Part shown: in pieces, positions 42,968 to 54,914 of the stretch
Numbering within the stretch: position 1 is the first letter of the stretch
Layout: each line of letters begins with the position of its first letter
The notes under the pieces: model-generated
Told to the model about the DNA's origin: nothing
What the model saw: the letters and a program-made list of their open reading frames with translations, nothing else
Database searches by the model: none
Assembly: GCA_964614535.1 (NCBI GenBank)
Contig: CAZTOZ010000023.1
Span: 81,552 to 145,551, forward strand
Source of the DNA: an uncultured Thiotrichales bacterium
GTDB taxonomy: Bacteria; Pseudomonadota; Gammaproteobacteria; UWMA-0217
Length of the DNA stretch: 64,000 nt
Direction of reading: 5' to 3'
Position numbers and translations under genes: made by a program

Positions 42968-43399
42968 ATGGCGATCGAACGCACCATTTCCATCATCAAG
43001 CCCGACGCAGTAGCCAAGAACGTCATCGGCGACATCTACCGCCGTTTCGAGGAGGCCGGTCTCCGCATCGTCGCCGCCAAGATGAAGCATCTGAGCCGCC
43101 GCGAGGCGGAGGGCTTCTACGCCGTTCACAAGGAGCGTCCGTTCTTCAACGACCTGGTCGAGTTCATGACCTCCGGGCCGGTGATGATCCAGGTGCTCGA
43201 AGGCGAGAACGCCATTGCCAGAAACCGCGAGCTGATGGGGGCCACCAACCCGGCCGAGGCCGCGCCGGGCACGATTCGCGCCGATCACGCCTCCACCATC
43301 GACGAGAACGCCGTCCACGGTTCCGACGCGCCGGAGACGGCAGCCACCGAGATCGCCTATTTCTTTTCCGAGATAGAGATCTGCCCCCGCACGCGCTGA
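42968..43399 (+). CDS. ndk: nucleoside diphosphate kinase
   Basis: NDK motifs ([17 protein letters not shown]). GGAG ribosome-binding site 7 nt upstream. Confidence 0.95.
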   Translation: MAIERTISIIKPDAVAKNVIGDIYRRFEEAGLRIVAAKMKHLSRREAEGFYAVHKERPFFNDLVEFMTSGPVMIQVLEGENAIARNRELMGATNPAEAAPGTIRADHASTIDENAVHGSDAPETAATEIAYFFSEIEICPRTR

Positions 43400-43428
43400 A
43401 CCCGGGGGAAACCCTGCTGGAGCCTCAT

Positions 43429-44535
43429 TTGGATACGCCGGAGAAGAAGGTCAATCTGCTGGATTTCGCCCCCGAGGGGCTGACCGCCTGGTTCCGTGAA
43501 CTGGGCGAGCCGGCCTTTCGCGCCCAACAGCTCTTCAAGTGGATGCACCAGCAGGGGGTCAGCGACTTCGCCCGGATGACCAATATCAGCAAGGCATTGC
43601 GGGCGCGTCTGGCCGACATCGCCCAGATCCGGGGCCCGGAGATCGTCATGGAGCAACCCTCCAGCGATGGCACCCGCAAATGGTTGCTGCGCCTCGATGA
43701 CGGTCAGTGCATCGAGGCGGTCTTCATTCCCGAGTCCGGTCGCGGCACGCTCTGCGTCTCGTCACAGGTGGGCTGCGCGCTGGACTGCACCTTCTGCTCC
43801 ACCGCGCGGCAGGGGTTCAACCGCAACCTCGCGGTACACGAGATCATCGGCCAGCTCTGGTCGATCGAACACCGGTTGCGGGAGGCGTCGGGCGGCGAAC
43901 GGGTCGTCAGCAACGTGGTGATGATGGGCATGGGCGAGCCACTGGCCAACTACGACAACGTCGTCGCCGCGCTGAAGATCATGCTCGACGACAACGCTTA
44001 CGGGCTGTCGAAACGGCGGGTCACGTTGAGTACCTCCGGCGTGGTGCCGGCCTTGGACCGGCTCGGCACCGAAGTCGACGTGGCGCTGGCCGTCTCGCTG
44101 CACGCGCCCAACGATGCACTGCGCGACCAGCTGGTGCCACTGAACCGGAAGTACCCGATCGCCGAGCTGCTGGCGGCCTGCAAGCGCTTTCTCGATCACA
44201 AGGCGCAGCGCGACCGGGTGACGATCGAATACGTCATGCTCGACGGCGTCAACGACAGCCCCGAGCACGCCCACGAACTGGCCCGGCTGCTGCGCGGCCT
44301 GCCGTCGAAGGTCAATCTCATCCCCTTCAATCCGTTCCCGGAGACCCGCTATCGGCGTTCACCGCCAGCGGCGATCGACCGCTTTCGGGACATCCTCTAC
44401 CGCCAGGGGATCAACACCATCACCCGCAAGACCCGGGGCGACGACATCGATGCCGCCTGCGGCCAGCTGGCTGGCAAGGTCAACGACCGCAGCCGCCGCA
44501 GGATCCACTTCGCTCGCATAGAGCACGCCTCATGA
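43429..44535 (+). CDS. rlmN: 23S rRNA/tRNA m2A methyltransferase RlmN (radical SAM)
   Basis: Radical-SAM motif ([17 protein letters not shown]) and C-terminal Cys. The start is uncertain: TTG at 43429 with a GGAG ribosome-binding site 7 nt upstream; no in-frame ATG precedes the conserved KVNLLD. Confidence 0.85.
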   Translation: MDTPEKKVNLLDFAPEGLTAWFRELGEPAFRAQQLFKWMHQQGVSDFARMTNISKALRARLADIAQIRGPEIVMEQPSSDGTRKWLLRLDDGQCIEAVFIPESGRGTLCVSSQVGCALDCTFCSTARQGFNRNLAVHEIIGQLWSIEHRLREASGGERVVSNVVMMGMGEPLANYDNVVAALKIMLDDNAYGLSKRRVTLSTSGVVPALDRLGTEVDVALAVSLHAPNDALRDQLVPLNRKYPIAELLAACKRFLDHKAQRDRVTIEYVMLDGVNDSPEHAHELARLLRGLPSKVNLIPFNPFPETRYRRSPPAAIDRFRDILYRQGINTITRKTRGDDIDAACGQLAGKVNDRSRRRIHFARIEHAS

Positions 44536-45272
44536 CAGCCGCCCGTTCGCTTCTGTTGATCGTATCGATACTGCTGGCGACCGCTTGCGTCGGCCCCGGC
44601 AAGCCGACGGTGGACAAGGCCCAGGTGGCCGAGCTCAACACCCGTCTCGGCCTGGAGTATCTGGAGCAGGGGCGGCTCGATCTGGCGCGGGTGAAACTGG
44701 AGCGCGCACGGCAGGCACAACCCCATTCGGCCGAGGTCAACTGGGCCAACGCGATGCTCTATGAAAAGCTCGGCGACATGGAAAAGGCCGAAACCTTTTT
44801 CCGCCGTGCCATGCGGGCCGATCCGACATCGGCCGAGGCACACAACAACTTTGGCGCCTTTCTCTGCCGCCAGGGGCGCATCGAGGAGGGGCTCGGGCAC
44901 TTCGAGAAAGCGGCTGCCGATCCGCTCTATCCAACGCCCGAGTATGCGCTGGCCAACGCCGGCCTCTGTCTGCTCGAGGCTGGCGACGAAACCCGGGCGG
45001 AGGTCTACTTCCGCAAGGCGCTGGACAGAAATCCACGCTATGCCTCGGCGCTCTACCAGATGGCGCTGCTCACTTACCGGCAGAAGCGCTATCTGGCATC
45101 GCGGGCATTCCGCGAGCGCCTCGCCAATGTGTTGAAAAAGCCGCAACCGAAGGTGTTGTGGCTCTGCGTCGTCACCGAGCGGGCCATGAGCAACTATGAC
45201 GAAGCGGACCGCTGTGAGAAAACCCTGAAAACCCGGTTCCCCGAATCGGACGAAGCCTCATCACTCTACTGA
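44532..45272 (+). CDS. pilW: type IV pilus biogenesis/stability TPR lipoprotein PilW (PilF)
   Basis: Lipobox LLATAC and TPR repeats. ATGA overlap with the rlmN stop. Confidence 0.8.
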   Translation: MTAARSLLLIVSILLATACVGPGKPTVDKAQVAELNTRLGLEYLEQGRLDLARVKLERARQAQPHSAEVNWANAMLYEKLGDMEKAETFFRRAMRADPTSAEAHNNFGAFLCRQGRIEEGLGHFEKAAADPLYPTPEYALANAGLCLLEAGDETRAEVYFRKALDRNPRYASALYQMALLTYRQKRYLASRAFRERLANVLKKPQPKVLWLCVVTERAMSNYDEADRCEKTLKTRFPESDEASSLY

Positions 45273-46246
45273 TGGAAGACAACGGCAACAGCTTTGGCAC
45301 GCTCTTCCGCGAGGCGCGCGAACAGGCCGGACGTCAGCTCGGCGACATCGCCGCCGAACTGCACATCAATGCCGCCCATCTGCGCGCACTGGAGGAGGAG
45401 TCCTTCGAGCGCCTTCCCAGCCACTCTTTTGCGCGGGGCTACATTCGTGCCTATGCACGCGCCCTCGAAACCGACCCGGAACCGCTGCTCAAGGCCTATC
45501 TACGTGCCGCACCGCCAAGCGAGGAGTGGCATGCCAGCAAGCCGCTGGACGAGGAGATCGAGCCGTCCCGGCTGCCGCTGGTGATCGGCACCGCCGTGGT
45601 CGTGGCCACGATGGTCGCGCTGTTCGTCACTTGGTTCCTCGGCAGCGGCTATCTCGACAAGGAGCCGACGGTCGTCGATGCGCCGGCGGTGACGCCGGTG
45701 ACGGCAGAGGCCGGCGCGCCACCCGTCAGCACGATCGCTTCGCCCGCCGGAGCCGATGAACCGGCGATCGACGAGACACCCGAGCTGTCGGCCGGACGCG
45801 TGCCCGACGAGACGGAGCCGGTGGCGAAGCAACATTCACCGGAAGAACCGGAAGGGGCAGCAGACGACACCACGACGGCATCGTCCCCCACCACCACCGA
45901 GACCGCATCACTGGAGAGCCAGCGCAAGACGACGCAACACCCGACGGCCGACCCCGCCGCCCCCGACCCGATTCGCGCGCCGGCGGGGGACGACCGGCTG
46001 GAGATCACGCTCGACGGCGACTCCTGGGTGGTCGTCAAGGACGCCAATCATCGCCAGTTGATGTATGGTCTCTACCGCAAGGGCGCCAGCAAGACACTGA
46101 TCGGCGAAGCGCCGTTCCAGGTGTTTCTCGGCAACGCCCCGGCGGTGACGCTCAAGGCCGATGGCAAGCCGTTCGATCCCTCCGGGTTCGTGCGTTCCAA
46201 CAAGACGGCCCGTTTCACCGTACCCAATCCGACAACCGGCAACTAG
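45272..46246 (+). CDS. rodZ: cytoskeleton protein RodZ
   Basis: N-terminal XRE HTH, single TM, a Pro/Thr/Ala-rich linker, and a C-terminal DUF4115 (LEITLDGDSWVVVKDANHR). Confidence 0.85.
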   Translation: MEDNGNSFGTLFREAREQAGRQLGDIAAELHINAAHLRALEEESFERLPSHSFARGYIRAYARALETDPEPLLKAYLRAAPPSEEWHASKPLDEEIEPSRLPLVIGTAVVVATMVALFVTWFLGSGYLDKEPTVVDAPAVTPVTAEAGAPPVSTIASPAGADEPAIDETPELSAGRVPDETEPVAKQHSPEEPEGAADDTTTASSPTTTETASLESQRKTTQHPTADPAAPDPIRAPAGDDRLEITLDGDSWVVVKDANHRQLMYGLYRKGASKTLIGEAPFQVFLGNAPAVTLKADGKPFDPSGFVRSNKTARFTVPNPTTGN

Positions 46247-47512
46247 ATGGCAACACAGATTCAATCGATACGCGGGATGCACGACATCCTGCCGGACCAG
46301 AGCGGCCGGTGGCATGCGCTGGAGCGGCGCGCCCGCGCGGTGCTCGAACGCTATGGCTACCGCGAGATCCGCACCCCGATCGTCGAGAAGACCGAGCTGT
46401 TCAAGCGGTCGATCGGCGAGGTGACCGACATCGTCGAAAAGGAGATGTACAGCTTCGACGACCGCAATGGCGACAGCCTCAGCCTGCGGCCCGAGGGCAC
46501 CGCCAGCTGCGTCCGCGCCGGCATCCAGCACGGGCTGTTCCACAACCAGCAGCAGCGGCTCTGGTATCAGGGCCCGATGTTTCGCCACGAACGGCCACAG
46601 AAGGGGCGCTACCGCCAGTTTCACCAGATCGGGGTCGAGACCTTCGGCTTCGCCGGCCCCGACATCGAGGCCGAACTGATCGCGCTGTCGAAGCGGCTCT
46701 GGGACGAACTCGGCATCGGCGCGGTGACGCTGGAGATCAACACCCTCGGCACCCCCGAGAGCCGCCAGGCCTATCGCGACACGCTGGTGGCCTTCTACCG
46801 TGACCACTACGAGCGGCTAGACGACGACAGCCGCCGTCGCCTGGAGACCAATCCGCTGCGGATCCTCGACAGCAAGCACCCCGACGTGGTGGCGCTCAAT
46901 GCCGACGCACCGTTGCTGCACGATCACCTCGACGACGCCTCGAAGGCCCATTTCGATACGCTCCGCGCGCTGCTCGACGACATCGGCATCGCCTACGTCC
47001 ACAACCCCCATCTGGTCCGCGGACTCGACTACTATGCCCACACCGTCTTCGAGTGGACCACGACGGCACTGGGCGCCCAGGGCACCGTCTGCGCCGGCGG
47101 GCGTTACGACGGACTGGTCACCCAGCTCGGCGGCAGGCCGACACCGGCCGCCGGGTTCGCGATGGGCGTCGAGCGGCTGCTGGAGCTGATCCACGTCACC
47201 GGCGGCGAAACGCCGGGCTATCACCCCGATGCCTATCTGGTGCTGGCCGGCGAGGCGGCCCAACGGCAGGGATTCACACTGGCCGAACGGCTGCGCGACG
47301 ATCTGCCGGCGCTGAAGTTGCAGATCAACGTCGGTGGCGGCAGCTTCAAGTCGCAGATGAAACGCGCCGACAAGAGCGGCGCCGTGGTGGCGCTGATCGT
47401 CGGTGACGACGAACTGGCCGCCGGCACCATCACCGTCAAACCGCTGCGTGATCGCGAGGCCGCGCAGCAAACCGTATCCTACGACGAAGCACTCGGCTTG
47501 CTGCGTGCCTAG
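46247..47512 (+). CDS. hisS: histidyl-tRNA synthetase
   Basis: Class II motifs ([19 protein letters not shown]) and full-length similarity. Confidence 0.95.
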   Translation: MATQIQSIRGMHDILPDQSGRWHALERRARAVLERYGYREIRTPIVEKTELFKRSIGEVTDIVEKEMYSFDDRNGDSLSLRPEGTASCVRAGIQHGLFHNQQQRLWYQGPMFRHERPQKGRYRQFHQIGVETFGFAGPDIEAELIALSKRLWDELGIGAVTLEINTLGTPESRQAYRDTLVAFYRDHYERLDDDSRRRLETNPLRILDSKHPDVVALNADAPLLHDHLDDASKAHFDTLRALLDDIGIAYVHNPHLVRGLDYYAHTVFEWTTTALGAQGTVCAGGRYDGLVTQLGGRPTPAAGFAMGVERLLELIHVTGGETPGYHPDAYLVLAGEAAQRQGFTLAERLRDDLPALKLQINVGGGSFKSQMKRADKSGAVVALIVGDDELAAGTITVKPLRDREAAQQTVSYDEALGLLRA

Positions 47513-47534
47513 CCGCTGAACCGGAGAGAGGGAA

Positions 47535-48185
47535 ATGACCGACTACGTAACCGACGAACAACGGGTTGAGGAACTCAAGAAGTGGTGGAAGGAGAACGGC
47601 AACTACCTGATCGGGGGCGTCGTGCTGGGGCTCGCCATCCTGTTCGGCTGGAACGGGTGGAAGGACTACAAGGAGAACCGCGCGCGCGCCGCCTCGGGTC
47701 TCTATACCCAGCTGGAGCAGGTCGTCGCCGCCGGAGACGCCGACAAGGCGCGGGTGTTGCACGGGCAACTGGTCGGCGACTATGCCGCCACCCCCTACGC
47801 GGCCGCCGCCGAAATGACGATGGCACGGCTGGCCGTGATGCGGGACGATCTCGACACCGCGGCGCTGAACCTGCGTAGCGCCATCGAACTGGCCGATCAG
47901 CAGGCCATCCGCGAACTGGCCGAGCTGCGGCTGGCCTATGTGCTGACGGCCGCCGGCAAGCCGGACGAGGCGCTGGCCATTCTCGATCGCGACTGGAATG
48001 CCGCCTGGACGTCGCTGCGCGAGGAGCTGCGTGGGGACGCCTATGTGGCCCAGGGGCGGCTCGATGCCGCGCGCCAGGCCTACGACAAGGCGCTGCTGAC
48101 GGCCGCCGGCCCGGCCAGCTATCTGCAACTCAAGCGCGCTGCACTCGGCACCGCCGACACCGCTGCCGCGGAGGAGGCTTCTTGA
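47535..48185 (+). CDS. yfgM: YfgM-family membrane-anchored TPR-like protein (ancillary SecYEG subunit)
   Basis: The N-terminal pattern EQRVEELKKWWKENGNYLIGGVVLGLAILFGWNGW is typical of YfgM. Sits between hisS and bamB. Confidence 0.75.
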   Translation: MTDYVTDEQRVEELKKWWKENGNYLIGGVVLGLAILFGWNGWKDYKENRARAASGLYTQLEQVVAAGDADKARVLHGQLVGDYAATPYAAAAEMTMARLAVMRDDLDTAALNLRSAIELADQQAIRELAELRLAYVLTAAGKPDEALAILDRDWNAAWTSLREELRGDAYVAQGRLDAARQAYDKALLTAAGPASYLQLKRAALGTADTAAAEEAS

Positions 48186-49321
48186 AACGCTTTGTTCTGA
48201 TCCTGCTGGCCGGTTGGCTGCTGGCCGGCTGCGCCGGCACCGACAACGTCGCGCCGCCGACGGCGCTGCAACCGATCGACGCCACACTGACGGTGAAAAA
48301 GCGGTGGTCGCACGATACGGGCAAGGGGGAGGGCGGCTACTTCCAGCGGTTGCGTCCTCATGTCGAGGGCGACCGCATCTTCGTCGTCAGTCAGGCCGGG
48401 GAACTCTCGGCCTGGGATCGTGACGGCAAGCCACTGTGGAAGACCAACCTCTCGCCGGGGATCACCGCCGGCGTCAACGGCGGCGGCAACACCGTCGCCG
48501 TCGGCAACGAGGAGCGCGAAGTGATCGCCGTCGATGCCGACAGCGGCGAGGTCCGCTGGCGGCAACGGCTCGGCAGCATCGTCACGGCGCTGTCGCCGGT
48601 GCGCGACGGTGTGCTCGTCGCCCGCAGCGGCGACGGCTATATCGTTGGTCTCGATGCCGCCACTGGCGAGATCCTGTGGAAGATCAACCGCAGCGTGCCG
48701 GCATTGTCGCTCCACGGCCAGAGCGAACCGCTGCTGGCCGGCGGCGCCGTGCTGGTGGGGCTGGACAACGGCCGCCTGTTGTTGGCATCGGCGCGCAACG
48801 GCAATGTCGCCTGGGAGAAGGTCGTCGCCATCCCGAAGGGGCGGAGCGAGATCGAGCGGATGGTGGACATCGACGGCCCGCTGGCGCTGCGCGGCGCCAT
48901 CGTCTTCGTCGTCAGCTACCACGGCAAGGTGGCGGCCATCGACGCCCGCAGCGGCAAGACGCTGTGGATGCGCGACGCCTCCTCGGTCACCGGTGTCACC
49001 GAAGCCGGTGGCCGCGTGCTCTACAGCGATGAGGACAGCGTGGTCTGGTCGCTCGATGCCGGTAGCGGCGTGCCGGTATGGAAACAGGAAGCCCTCAAGT
49101 TCCGGCGGCTCACCCGCCCGGTCGTCATCGGCGATCACGTCGTGGTCGGCGACTACGAAGGCTATCTCCACTGGCTCGACGCCGCGACCGGCAGGATCGT
49201 CGCCCGCAGCCGTGCCAGCAGCAGTGCAATTCTGGCGGCGCCGGTGGTGGCCGGCGACCGGCTCTATGTGCTCGCCAGCGATGGCAAGCTCAGCGCCTGG
49301 GAGATTGCGTCACCCCGATGA
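48182..49321 (+). CDS. bamB: outer-membrane protein assembly factor BamB
   Basis: Lipobox LLAGC, PQQ-like beta-propeller repeats. TTG start overlapping the yfgM stop. Confidence 0.9.
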   Translation: MKRFVLILLAGWLLAGCAGTDNVAPPTALQPIDATLTVKKRWSHDTGKGEGGYFQRLRPHVEGDRIFVVSQAGELSAWDRDGKPLWKTNLSPGITAGVNGGGNTVAVGNEEREVIAVDADSGEVRWRQRLGSIVTALSPVRDGVLVARSGDGYIVGLDAATGEILWKINRSVPALSLHGQSEPLLAGGAVLVGLDNGRLLLASARNGNVAWEKVVAIPKGRSEIERMVDIDGPLALRGAIVFVVSYHGKVAAIDARSGKTLWMRDASSVTGVTEAGGRVLYSDEDSVVWSLDAGSGVPVWKQEALKFRRLTRPVVIGDHVVVGDYEGYLHWLDAATGRIVARSRASSSAILAAPVVAGDRLYVLASDGKLSAWEIASPR

Positions 49322-50706
49322 GCACCGTCATCGCCCTGGTCGGCCGCCCCAATGTCGGCAAGTCCACGCTGTTCAACCAGCTCACCCGTTCCCGTGACGC
49401 CATCGTCGCCGACTTCCCCGGCCTGACGCGCGACCGCCAGTACGGCTTCGGCAAACTCGGCGGCCGCTATCTGGTCATCGACACCGGCGGGGTGGGCGAG
49501 GAGAGCGCGCAGATCGACGAGCTGATGTCGGCCCAGACCTGGCAGGGAATCGAGGAGGCCGACCGGGTGGTCTGGCTGCTCGATGCCCGCGCCGGCCTCA
49601 CCCCCGGCGACGAAGCCATTGCCGAACGGCTGCGGCGCGCCGGCAAACCGGTGTTCCTGGCCGTCAACAAGACCGACGGGCTCGACGCCGAACAGGCGCT
49701 GGCGGAATTCCACGGCCTCGGTTTCTCCACCCCGCTGCCCATTGCGGCGGCGCACGGGCGTGGTCTGCTGAAACTGATGGAGGTGGTGCTGGCGGACAGC
49801 GACGCCCTCGACCCGGCGACGACGCCAGACGAGGAGGAGCGGGCCGGTATCCGCATCGCCTTCGTCGGCCGGCCCAACGTGGGCAAATCGACACTGCTCA
49901 ACCGGATGCTCGGGGAGCAGCGCGTCGTCGTCAGCGACCTGCCGGGCACGACCCGGGACAGCATCGCCGTCCCCTTCGAGCGCGACGGCCAGCGCTACAC
50001 GCTGATCGACACGGCCGGGGTGCGCCGCCGTGGCAGGGTGAAGGAGACGGTGGAGAAGTTCAGCATCGTCAAGACGCTGGCCTCCATCGACGCGGCCGAT
50101 GTCGTGCTGCACCTGATCGACAGCCAGGAGGGCATCACCGACCAGGATGTCAGCCTGATCGGCCTGTCGGTCAACGCCGGCAAGTCGGTCATCGTCTGTC
50201 TCAACAAATGGGACGGCCTCGGTGAACAGCAGCGCAAGCAGCTCAAACAGGACTATGGCCGCCGCCTCGCTTTTCTCGACTTCGCCGAACACTTCACCAT
50301 CTCGGCGCTGCATGGTACCGGTGTCGGCCTGCTGTTCGACGCCGTGCGGCGGGCCTGGCGTTCCGCCACCGTCGATATCTCCACGACCCGGATGACGCAG
50401 CTGCTGGAGATGGCCGTGGCCCGCCACCAACCCCCGCTGGTTCGGGGGCGTCGCATCAAACTGCGTTATGCCCACCAGGGCGGGCGCCGGCCGCCGGTGA
50501 TCGTCATCCATGGCAACCAGACCGAGCAGGTGCCGGCCGCCTACAAGCGTTACCTGGAGAACTTCTTTCGCAAGCAGCTCAAGCTGGTGGGCACACCGAT
50601 CCGGCTGGAGTTCAAGACCACCAAGAACCCCTATGCCGGGCGCAAGCCACGCAAACCGGCCAGTGGCGCACCGTCCCGCCGGGAACACCGGCGGCGCCGG
50701 CGTTGA
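49318..50706 (+). CDS. der: ribosome-biogenesis GTPase Der (EngA)
   Basis: Two tandem GTPase domains (GRPNVGKST x2) plus a KH-like C-terminus. ATGA overlap with the bamB stop. Confidence 0.95.
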   Translation: MSTVIALVGRPNVGKSTLFNQLTRSRDAIVADFPGLTRDRQYGFGKLGGRYLVIDTGGVGEESAQIDELMSAQTWQGIEEADRVVWLLDARAGLTPGDEAIAERLRRAGKPVFLAVNKTDGLDAEQALAEFHGLGFSTPLPIAAAHGRGLLKLMEVVLADSDALDPATTPDEEERAGIRIAFVGRPNVGKSTLLNRMLGEQRVVVSDLPGTTRDSIAVPFERDGQRYTLIDTAGVRRRGRVKETVEKFSIVKTLASIDAADVVLHLIDSQEGITDQDVSLIGLSVNAGKSVIVCLNKWDGLGEQQRKQLKQDYGRRLAFLDFAEHFTISALHGTGVGLLFDAVRRAWRSATVDISTTRMTQLLEMAVARHQPPLVRGRRIKLRYAHQGGRRPPVIVIHGNQTEQVPAAYKRYLENFFRKQLKLVGTPIRLEFKTTKNPYAGRKPRKPASGAPSRREHRRRRR

Positions 50707-50876
50707 GCCTTGCTGGCCGCGAGCGGATCACGACGATCCGGCCGGGGTCAGGCCTCCCCAGCCCCAGACCCGCGGTGAGGCAGGGGGCATCGTAGCGCGA
50801 TGCAGCGTGGCAGGGTTCTCGCCCTCCCGGTGGTTTGCCGGCACAATCTCCGTCGTCTTCCGACCGCATCATGCCC

Positions 50877-51857
50877 ATGTCTCTGCTCGAACCGCTCGTC
50901 ATCGGCCCCTGCCGGCTGGAGAACAATCTGATCCTGGCGCCGATGGCGGGCGTCACCGACCTGCCGTTTCGCAACCTCTGTCGCCGCCTCGGGGCGGGCA
51001 TGGCCGTCTCCGAGATGGTGCATGCCAGCCCGCGGCTGCGCGGCAGCGGCAAAAGCCGGCAACGTCTCGACCACACGGGGGAGCTGGCACCGGTGGTGGT
51101 GCAGATCCTCGGCAACGAGCCGTCGGCGATGGCCGAGGCAGCCCGTTACAACGTCGCGCGCGGCGCGCAGATCATCGACATCAACATGGGTTGTCCGGCG
51201 AAGAAGGTCTGTCGCAAGGCGGCCGGCTCGGCGTTGCTGGCCGACGAGGCGTTGGTGGGGCGGATTCTGACGGCCGTGGTTGCGGCGGTCGAGGCGCCGG
51301 TGACGCTGAAGATCCGTACCGGCACCGATCCCGATCGTCGCAATGCCTTGCGAATCGCCCGGATCGCGGAACAGTGCGGTATCGCTCTGTTGACGATTCA
51401 CGGCCGCACGCGCGCCGACCGCTTCGACGGCGCGGCCGAATACGACACCATCGCCGAGGTCTGTGCCGCGTCGTCGTTGCCGGTGATCGCCAATGGCGAC
51501 ATCACCAGTGCGCAAAAGGCCGAGGCAGTGCTGCGCCATACCGGTGCCGCCGGGGTGATGATCGGCCGCGCCGCCCAGGGCAATCCGTGGATATTCCGGG
51601 AGATCGCCGCCTGGCTGAGTGATGGCGAGACGATGGCACCACCGACGGCCGAGGAGCGGCGGGCGGTGTTGCTCGGACATCTCGAGGCGCTCTACCGCTT
51701 CTACGGCGTCGTCCAGGGCGTGCGGATCGCGCGCAAGCACATCGGCTGGTATCTGGCGGGGCTGCCCGGCGGCGGGGAGATGGTGCGGCAGGTCAACCGC
51801 ATCGACGATCATCACCGGCAGTTCGCGCAGGTGGCGGCGTTTCTGGGGGATTATTGA
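50877..51857 (+). CDS. dusB: tRNA-dihydrouridine synthase B
   Basis: The DUS TIM-barrel motif (LAPMAGVTD, DINMGCP, LTIHGRTR). Start placed at MSLLEP by analogy with DusB N-termini, but it could be 6-42 nt upstream. Confidence 0.88.
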   Translation: MSLLEPLVIGPCRLENNLILAPMAGVTDLPFRNLCRRLGAGMAVSEMVHASPRLRGSGKSRQRLDHTGELAPVVVQILGNEPSAMAEAARYNVARGAQIIDINMGCPAKKVCRKAAGSALLADEALVGRILTAVVAAVEAPVTLKIRTGTDPDRRNALRIARIAEQCGIALLTIHGRTRADRFDGAAEYDTIAEVCAASSLPVIANGDITSAQKAEAVLRHTGAAGVMIGRAAQGNPWIFREIAAWLSDGETMAPPTAEERRAVLLGHLEALYRFYGVVQGVRIARKHIGWYLAGLPGGGEMVRQVNRIDDHHRQFAQVAAFLGDY

Positions 51858-52042
51858 CAGCGTCGCGGCGCGGCGTGAAAGCAGCTGTCCAGCGCCGACT
51901 GGAAGGCCGGCCGGATGCCGGCCGACAGCAACGCGATCACCAGGCTGTAACCCAGCGTGCCCAGCTCCTCCCGCTGCCGGATCAGGCCGGACAGCAGCTC
52001 TCGGGTGCGTTGCAGTTCATCGGGGTCGTGTCGTTCCATCAT
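51851..52042 (-). CDS. small hypothetical protein (63 aa) with C-terminal hydrophobic segment
   Basis: ORF MMERHDPDELQRTRELLSGLIRQREELGTLGYSLVIALLSAGIRPAF... Its stop overlaps the dusB stop convergently. Weak call. Confidence 0.25.
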   Translation of the reverse strand: MMERHDPDELQRTRELLSGLIRQREELGTLGYSLVIALLSAGIRPAFQSALDSCFHAAPRRCQ

Positions 52043-52173
52043 CGTTGGCCCTCGGGTTGAGTCTGTCTGGCATCGGGGCGCCTTCCGGGAACTCCCGCGC
52101 CAGCCACCGGATTTTCGACGTTCGTGGGTCTTTCGGCGTAAAATCCTGCGTCCCTTCACTTCAACTATAGCAA

Positions 52174-53061
52174 ATGAGCCAGGCGCCCAACGTCATCAAG
52201 CGTGGTCTTCCCTACGTCCACGATCTCGACACCGAACAGCTGCTGGCGCTGCAGCGGGAAGCGGCCGAGCGGCACGGACTGGAGGTCGTCTTCCGCGACC
52301 CGGCGCAGGCGATGCCGGCGGGACCGGAGATGGTGGTCATTCCGCAGGGCATGTTCGAAATGGGCGCGCCGCCCGAGGAGTTCGGCTACATGCCGGAGGA
52401 GGGGCCGCAGCACTATGTGGGCATCGACCGGGACTTTGCGCTGGGCCGCTACGTGGTGACGGCCGACGAGTTCGCCGTGTTCCAGCGCGAAACGGGGTAT
52501 CGGCCACGTCCCGAGCTGATCTGGGCGAAGGAGGATCATCCGGTGATCAACATCCGCATCGAGGTGGCCGAACGCTACTGCCGGTGGCTCAGCGAGCAGA
52601 CGGGGCGACGCTACCGCCTGCCCACCGAGGCGGAGTGGGAATATGCTGCCCGGGCGGGTTCGCTGACGCCGTTCTCGCTCGGCGAATCGGTCACCTGCAG
52701 AGAGGTACACTTCAACGCGGCCTTTCCCTACGAGGAGGCCCGGCAGGAGAAGCGCTGGTTCATGCCGCGCTGTTTTCCGATGCCGAAGGCCATCCGTGTC
52801 GGCAGCAAGCCACCCAATCTCTGGGGTCTCCACGAGGTCCACGGCAACGTCTGGGAGATGACCGAGACGCCGTGGTCCAACTCCCACCACGACAACCGCC
52901 GCGATGGCCGCTCCCGCGACCTTTCCAGCGACTGGATCGTGACCAAGGGGGGCTCCTGGTTCGATGCCGCCATCTGGTCACGCAGTGCCGCCCGCAAGCC
53001 ACGGCTACGGGACGAGCTGGACGTCAATCTCGGCTTCCGGCTGCTGCGCGAACTCGACTGA
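52174..53061 (+). CDS. formylglycine-generating-enzyme (SUMF1/EgtB-like) family protein
   Basis: FGE-sulfatase domain hallmarks (RLPTEAEWEYAARAG, GNVWEMT, KGGSWF). Confidence 0.85.
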   Translation: MSQAPNVIKRGLPYVHDLDTEQLLALQREAAERHGLEVVFRDPAQAMPAGPEMVVIPQGMFEMGAPPEEFGYMPEEGPQHYVGIDRDFALGRYVVTADEFAVFQRETGYRPRPELIWAKEDHPVINIRIEVAERYCRWLSEQTGRRYRLPTEAEWEYAARAGSLTPFSLGESVTCREVHFNAAFPYEEARQEKRWFMPRCFPMPKAIRVGSKPPNLWGLHEVHGNVWEMTETPWSNSHHDNRRDGRSRDLSSDWIVTKGGSWFDAAIWSRSAARKPRLRDELDVNLGFRLLRELD

Positions 53062-53154
53062 CGGTGGCATCCATCGGGAAGAAAGCCGATTGCAATTCGG
53101 CGCCGTCGGGGCTATTGGTAAAGCAATAACAACAGCACGACGGCGGGGCACATC

Positions 53155-54819
53155 GTGGAAAGAATCTGGCTGAAGAACTATCCTCCCGGCATCCCGGCCG
53201 AGATCGACCCCGACAAGTACCGGAACATACCCGAGATCTTTGCACACAGCGTTTCGCGGTTCGCCTCGCTGCCGGCCTGGTCCAATCTGGGGCGAACACT
53301 GCGCTTCGCCGAGCTCGATCGACTGTCACGGGATTTCGCCGCCTGGCTGGTGGCCGAGGCAGGGTTACAGCCGGGTCAGCGGGTGGCGCTGATGATGCCC
53401 AACCTGCTGCAGTATCCGGTGGCCCTGTTCGGCGTGCTGCGGGCCGGGCTGGTCGTCGTCAATGTCAATCCGCTCTATACCGCGCGGGAGCTGGAACATC
53501 AGCTCAAGGACTCCGGCGCCAGCGCCATCGTCATTCTCGAAAACTTTGCCGACAAGCTGGCGGCGGTGATCGACCGCACCGCGGTCGAGACGGTGGTGAC
53601 CACCCAGGTGGGTGATCTGGCGGGCTTTCCCAAATCAGCGCTGGTCAATTTCGTCGTCAAGCGGGTGAAGCGGATGGTGCCACCCTTCTCACTGCCGGGG
53701 CGGACCACCTTTCCCGCGGTGCTGCGGGCCGGCCGGAGACGGCCGTTCACCGATGCCTCCCCGGCGCCGGAGGAGACCGCCTTTCTCCAGTACACCGGCG
53801 GCACCACCGGCGTGGCCAAGGGGGCGGAGCTGACACACCGCAACATGGTGGCGAACATGCTTCAGGCCGGGGTCTGGGCCTCGGCGAAGATGAACGAGGG
53901 GGAGGAGGTCTTCATCGCCGCGCTGCCGCTCTACCACATCTTCGCGCTGACGGCGAACCTGCTCTACGGGCTGGAGATCGGCGCGAAGAACGTCCTCATC
54001 ACCAATCCCCGCGATTTCTCCGGCTTCGTCAAAACCTTGGCCGCGGAGCGTTTCACCTTCATGACCGGCGTCAACACGCTGTTCAACGCCCTGCTCGAAA
54101 CCCCCGGTTTCGACGACCTCGATTTTTCGGCTTTCAAGGTGACGCTGGGCGGTGGCATGGCGGTCCAGCAGCCGGTGGCGGCACGCTGGAAGAAGGTCAC
54201 CGGGGTCAACATCACCGAAGCCTACGGCCTGACCGAGACCGCGCCGGCGGTCTGCATCAACCCGCTGGATCTCGACCACTTCAACGGCATGATCGGCCTG
54301 CCGTTGCCCTCCACCGAGGTGGAGGTCCGTGACCCCGACGGCCGTCCACTGCCAACCGGAGAGCGGGGCGAGCTGTGGATTCGCGGCCCGCAGGTGATGA
54401 AGGGCTACTGGAACCGGCCCGAGGAGACGGCCAACGTTTTCGACGCCGACGGCTGGCTGCGCACCGGCGACGTCGCCATCATCGACGACGAGGGGTACGT
54501 GAAGATCGTCGACCGGCTCAAGGACATGATCAACGTCTCCGGTTTCAACGTCTTCGCCAACGAGATCGAAGAGGTGATCGCGGCTCATCCGAAAGTGCTG
54601 GAGGTGGGGGTGGTCGGCGTGCCGGACGAACACTCGGGTGAAGCGGTCAAGGCCTTCGTCGTGAAAAAGGATGCGTCACTGACCGAGCAGGAACTGAAAG
54701 ACTACTGCCATGAACGGCTGACCGCCTACAAATGCCCCAAGGCAGTCGCCTTTCTGGAGGAGCTGCCGAAGACCAACGTCGGCAAGGTATTGCGCCGCGC
54801 GCTGCGGGCGCTGGGCTGA
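53155..54819 (+). CDS. fadD: long-chain-fatty-acid--CoA ligase
   Basis: AMP-binding motif (YTGGTTGVAKGA) and the FACS signature region. N-terminus matches E. coli FadD (WLNRYP). GTG start. Confidence 0.9.
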   Translation: MERIWLKNYPPGIPAEIDPDKYRNIPEIFAHSVSRFASLPAWSNLGRTLRFAELDRLSRDFAAWLVAEAGLQPGQRVALMMPNLLQYPVALFGVLRAGLVVVNVNPLYTARELEHQLKDSGASAIVILENFADKLAAVIDRTAVETVVTTQVGDLAGFPKSALVNFVVKRVKRMVPPFSLPGRTTFPAVLRAGRRRPFTDASPAPEETAFLQYTGGTTGVAKGAELTHRNMVANMLQAGVWASAKMNEGEEVFIAALPLYHIFALTANLLYGLEIGAKNVLITNPRDFSGFVKTLAAERFTFMTGVNTLFNALLETPGFDDLDFSAFKVTLGGGMAVQQPVAARWKKVTGVNITEAYGLTETAPAVCINPLDLDHFNGMIGLPLPSTEVEVRDPDGRPLPTGERGELWIRGPQVMKGYWNRPEETANVFDADGWLRTGDVAIIDDEGYVKIVDRLKDMINVSGFNVFANEIEEVIAAHPKVLEVGVVGVPDEHSGEAVKAFVVKKDASLTEQELKDYCHERLTAYKCPKAVAFLEELPKTNVGKVLRRALRALG

Positions 54820-54914
54820 CCCCGATCCGGCATCGGCCTTCCCGTCCCGGGAAATACCCCCCGGGGCGGGGACAGGCTATGATATGCCGCCTCCGGAACC
54901 TGGATTCTTCGACC

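Noticed and set aside
42757-44535. 592-aa ORF spanning the iscX-ndk spacer, ndk (out of frame) and rlmN
   Set aside because: Only the C-terminal ~370 aa match RlmN. The N-terminal part is read-through of non-coding sequence and the other frame of ndk. It was trimmed to 43429-44535.
50707-50876. TGGCAG-N5-TCGC sigma54-like element upstream of dusB
   Set aside because: It deviates from the TGGCAC-N5-TTGC consensus at key positions. dusB is not a typical sigma54 target. It is most likely chance.
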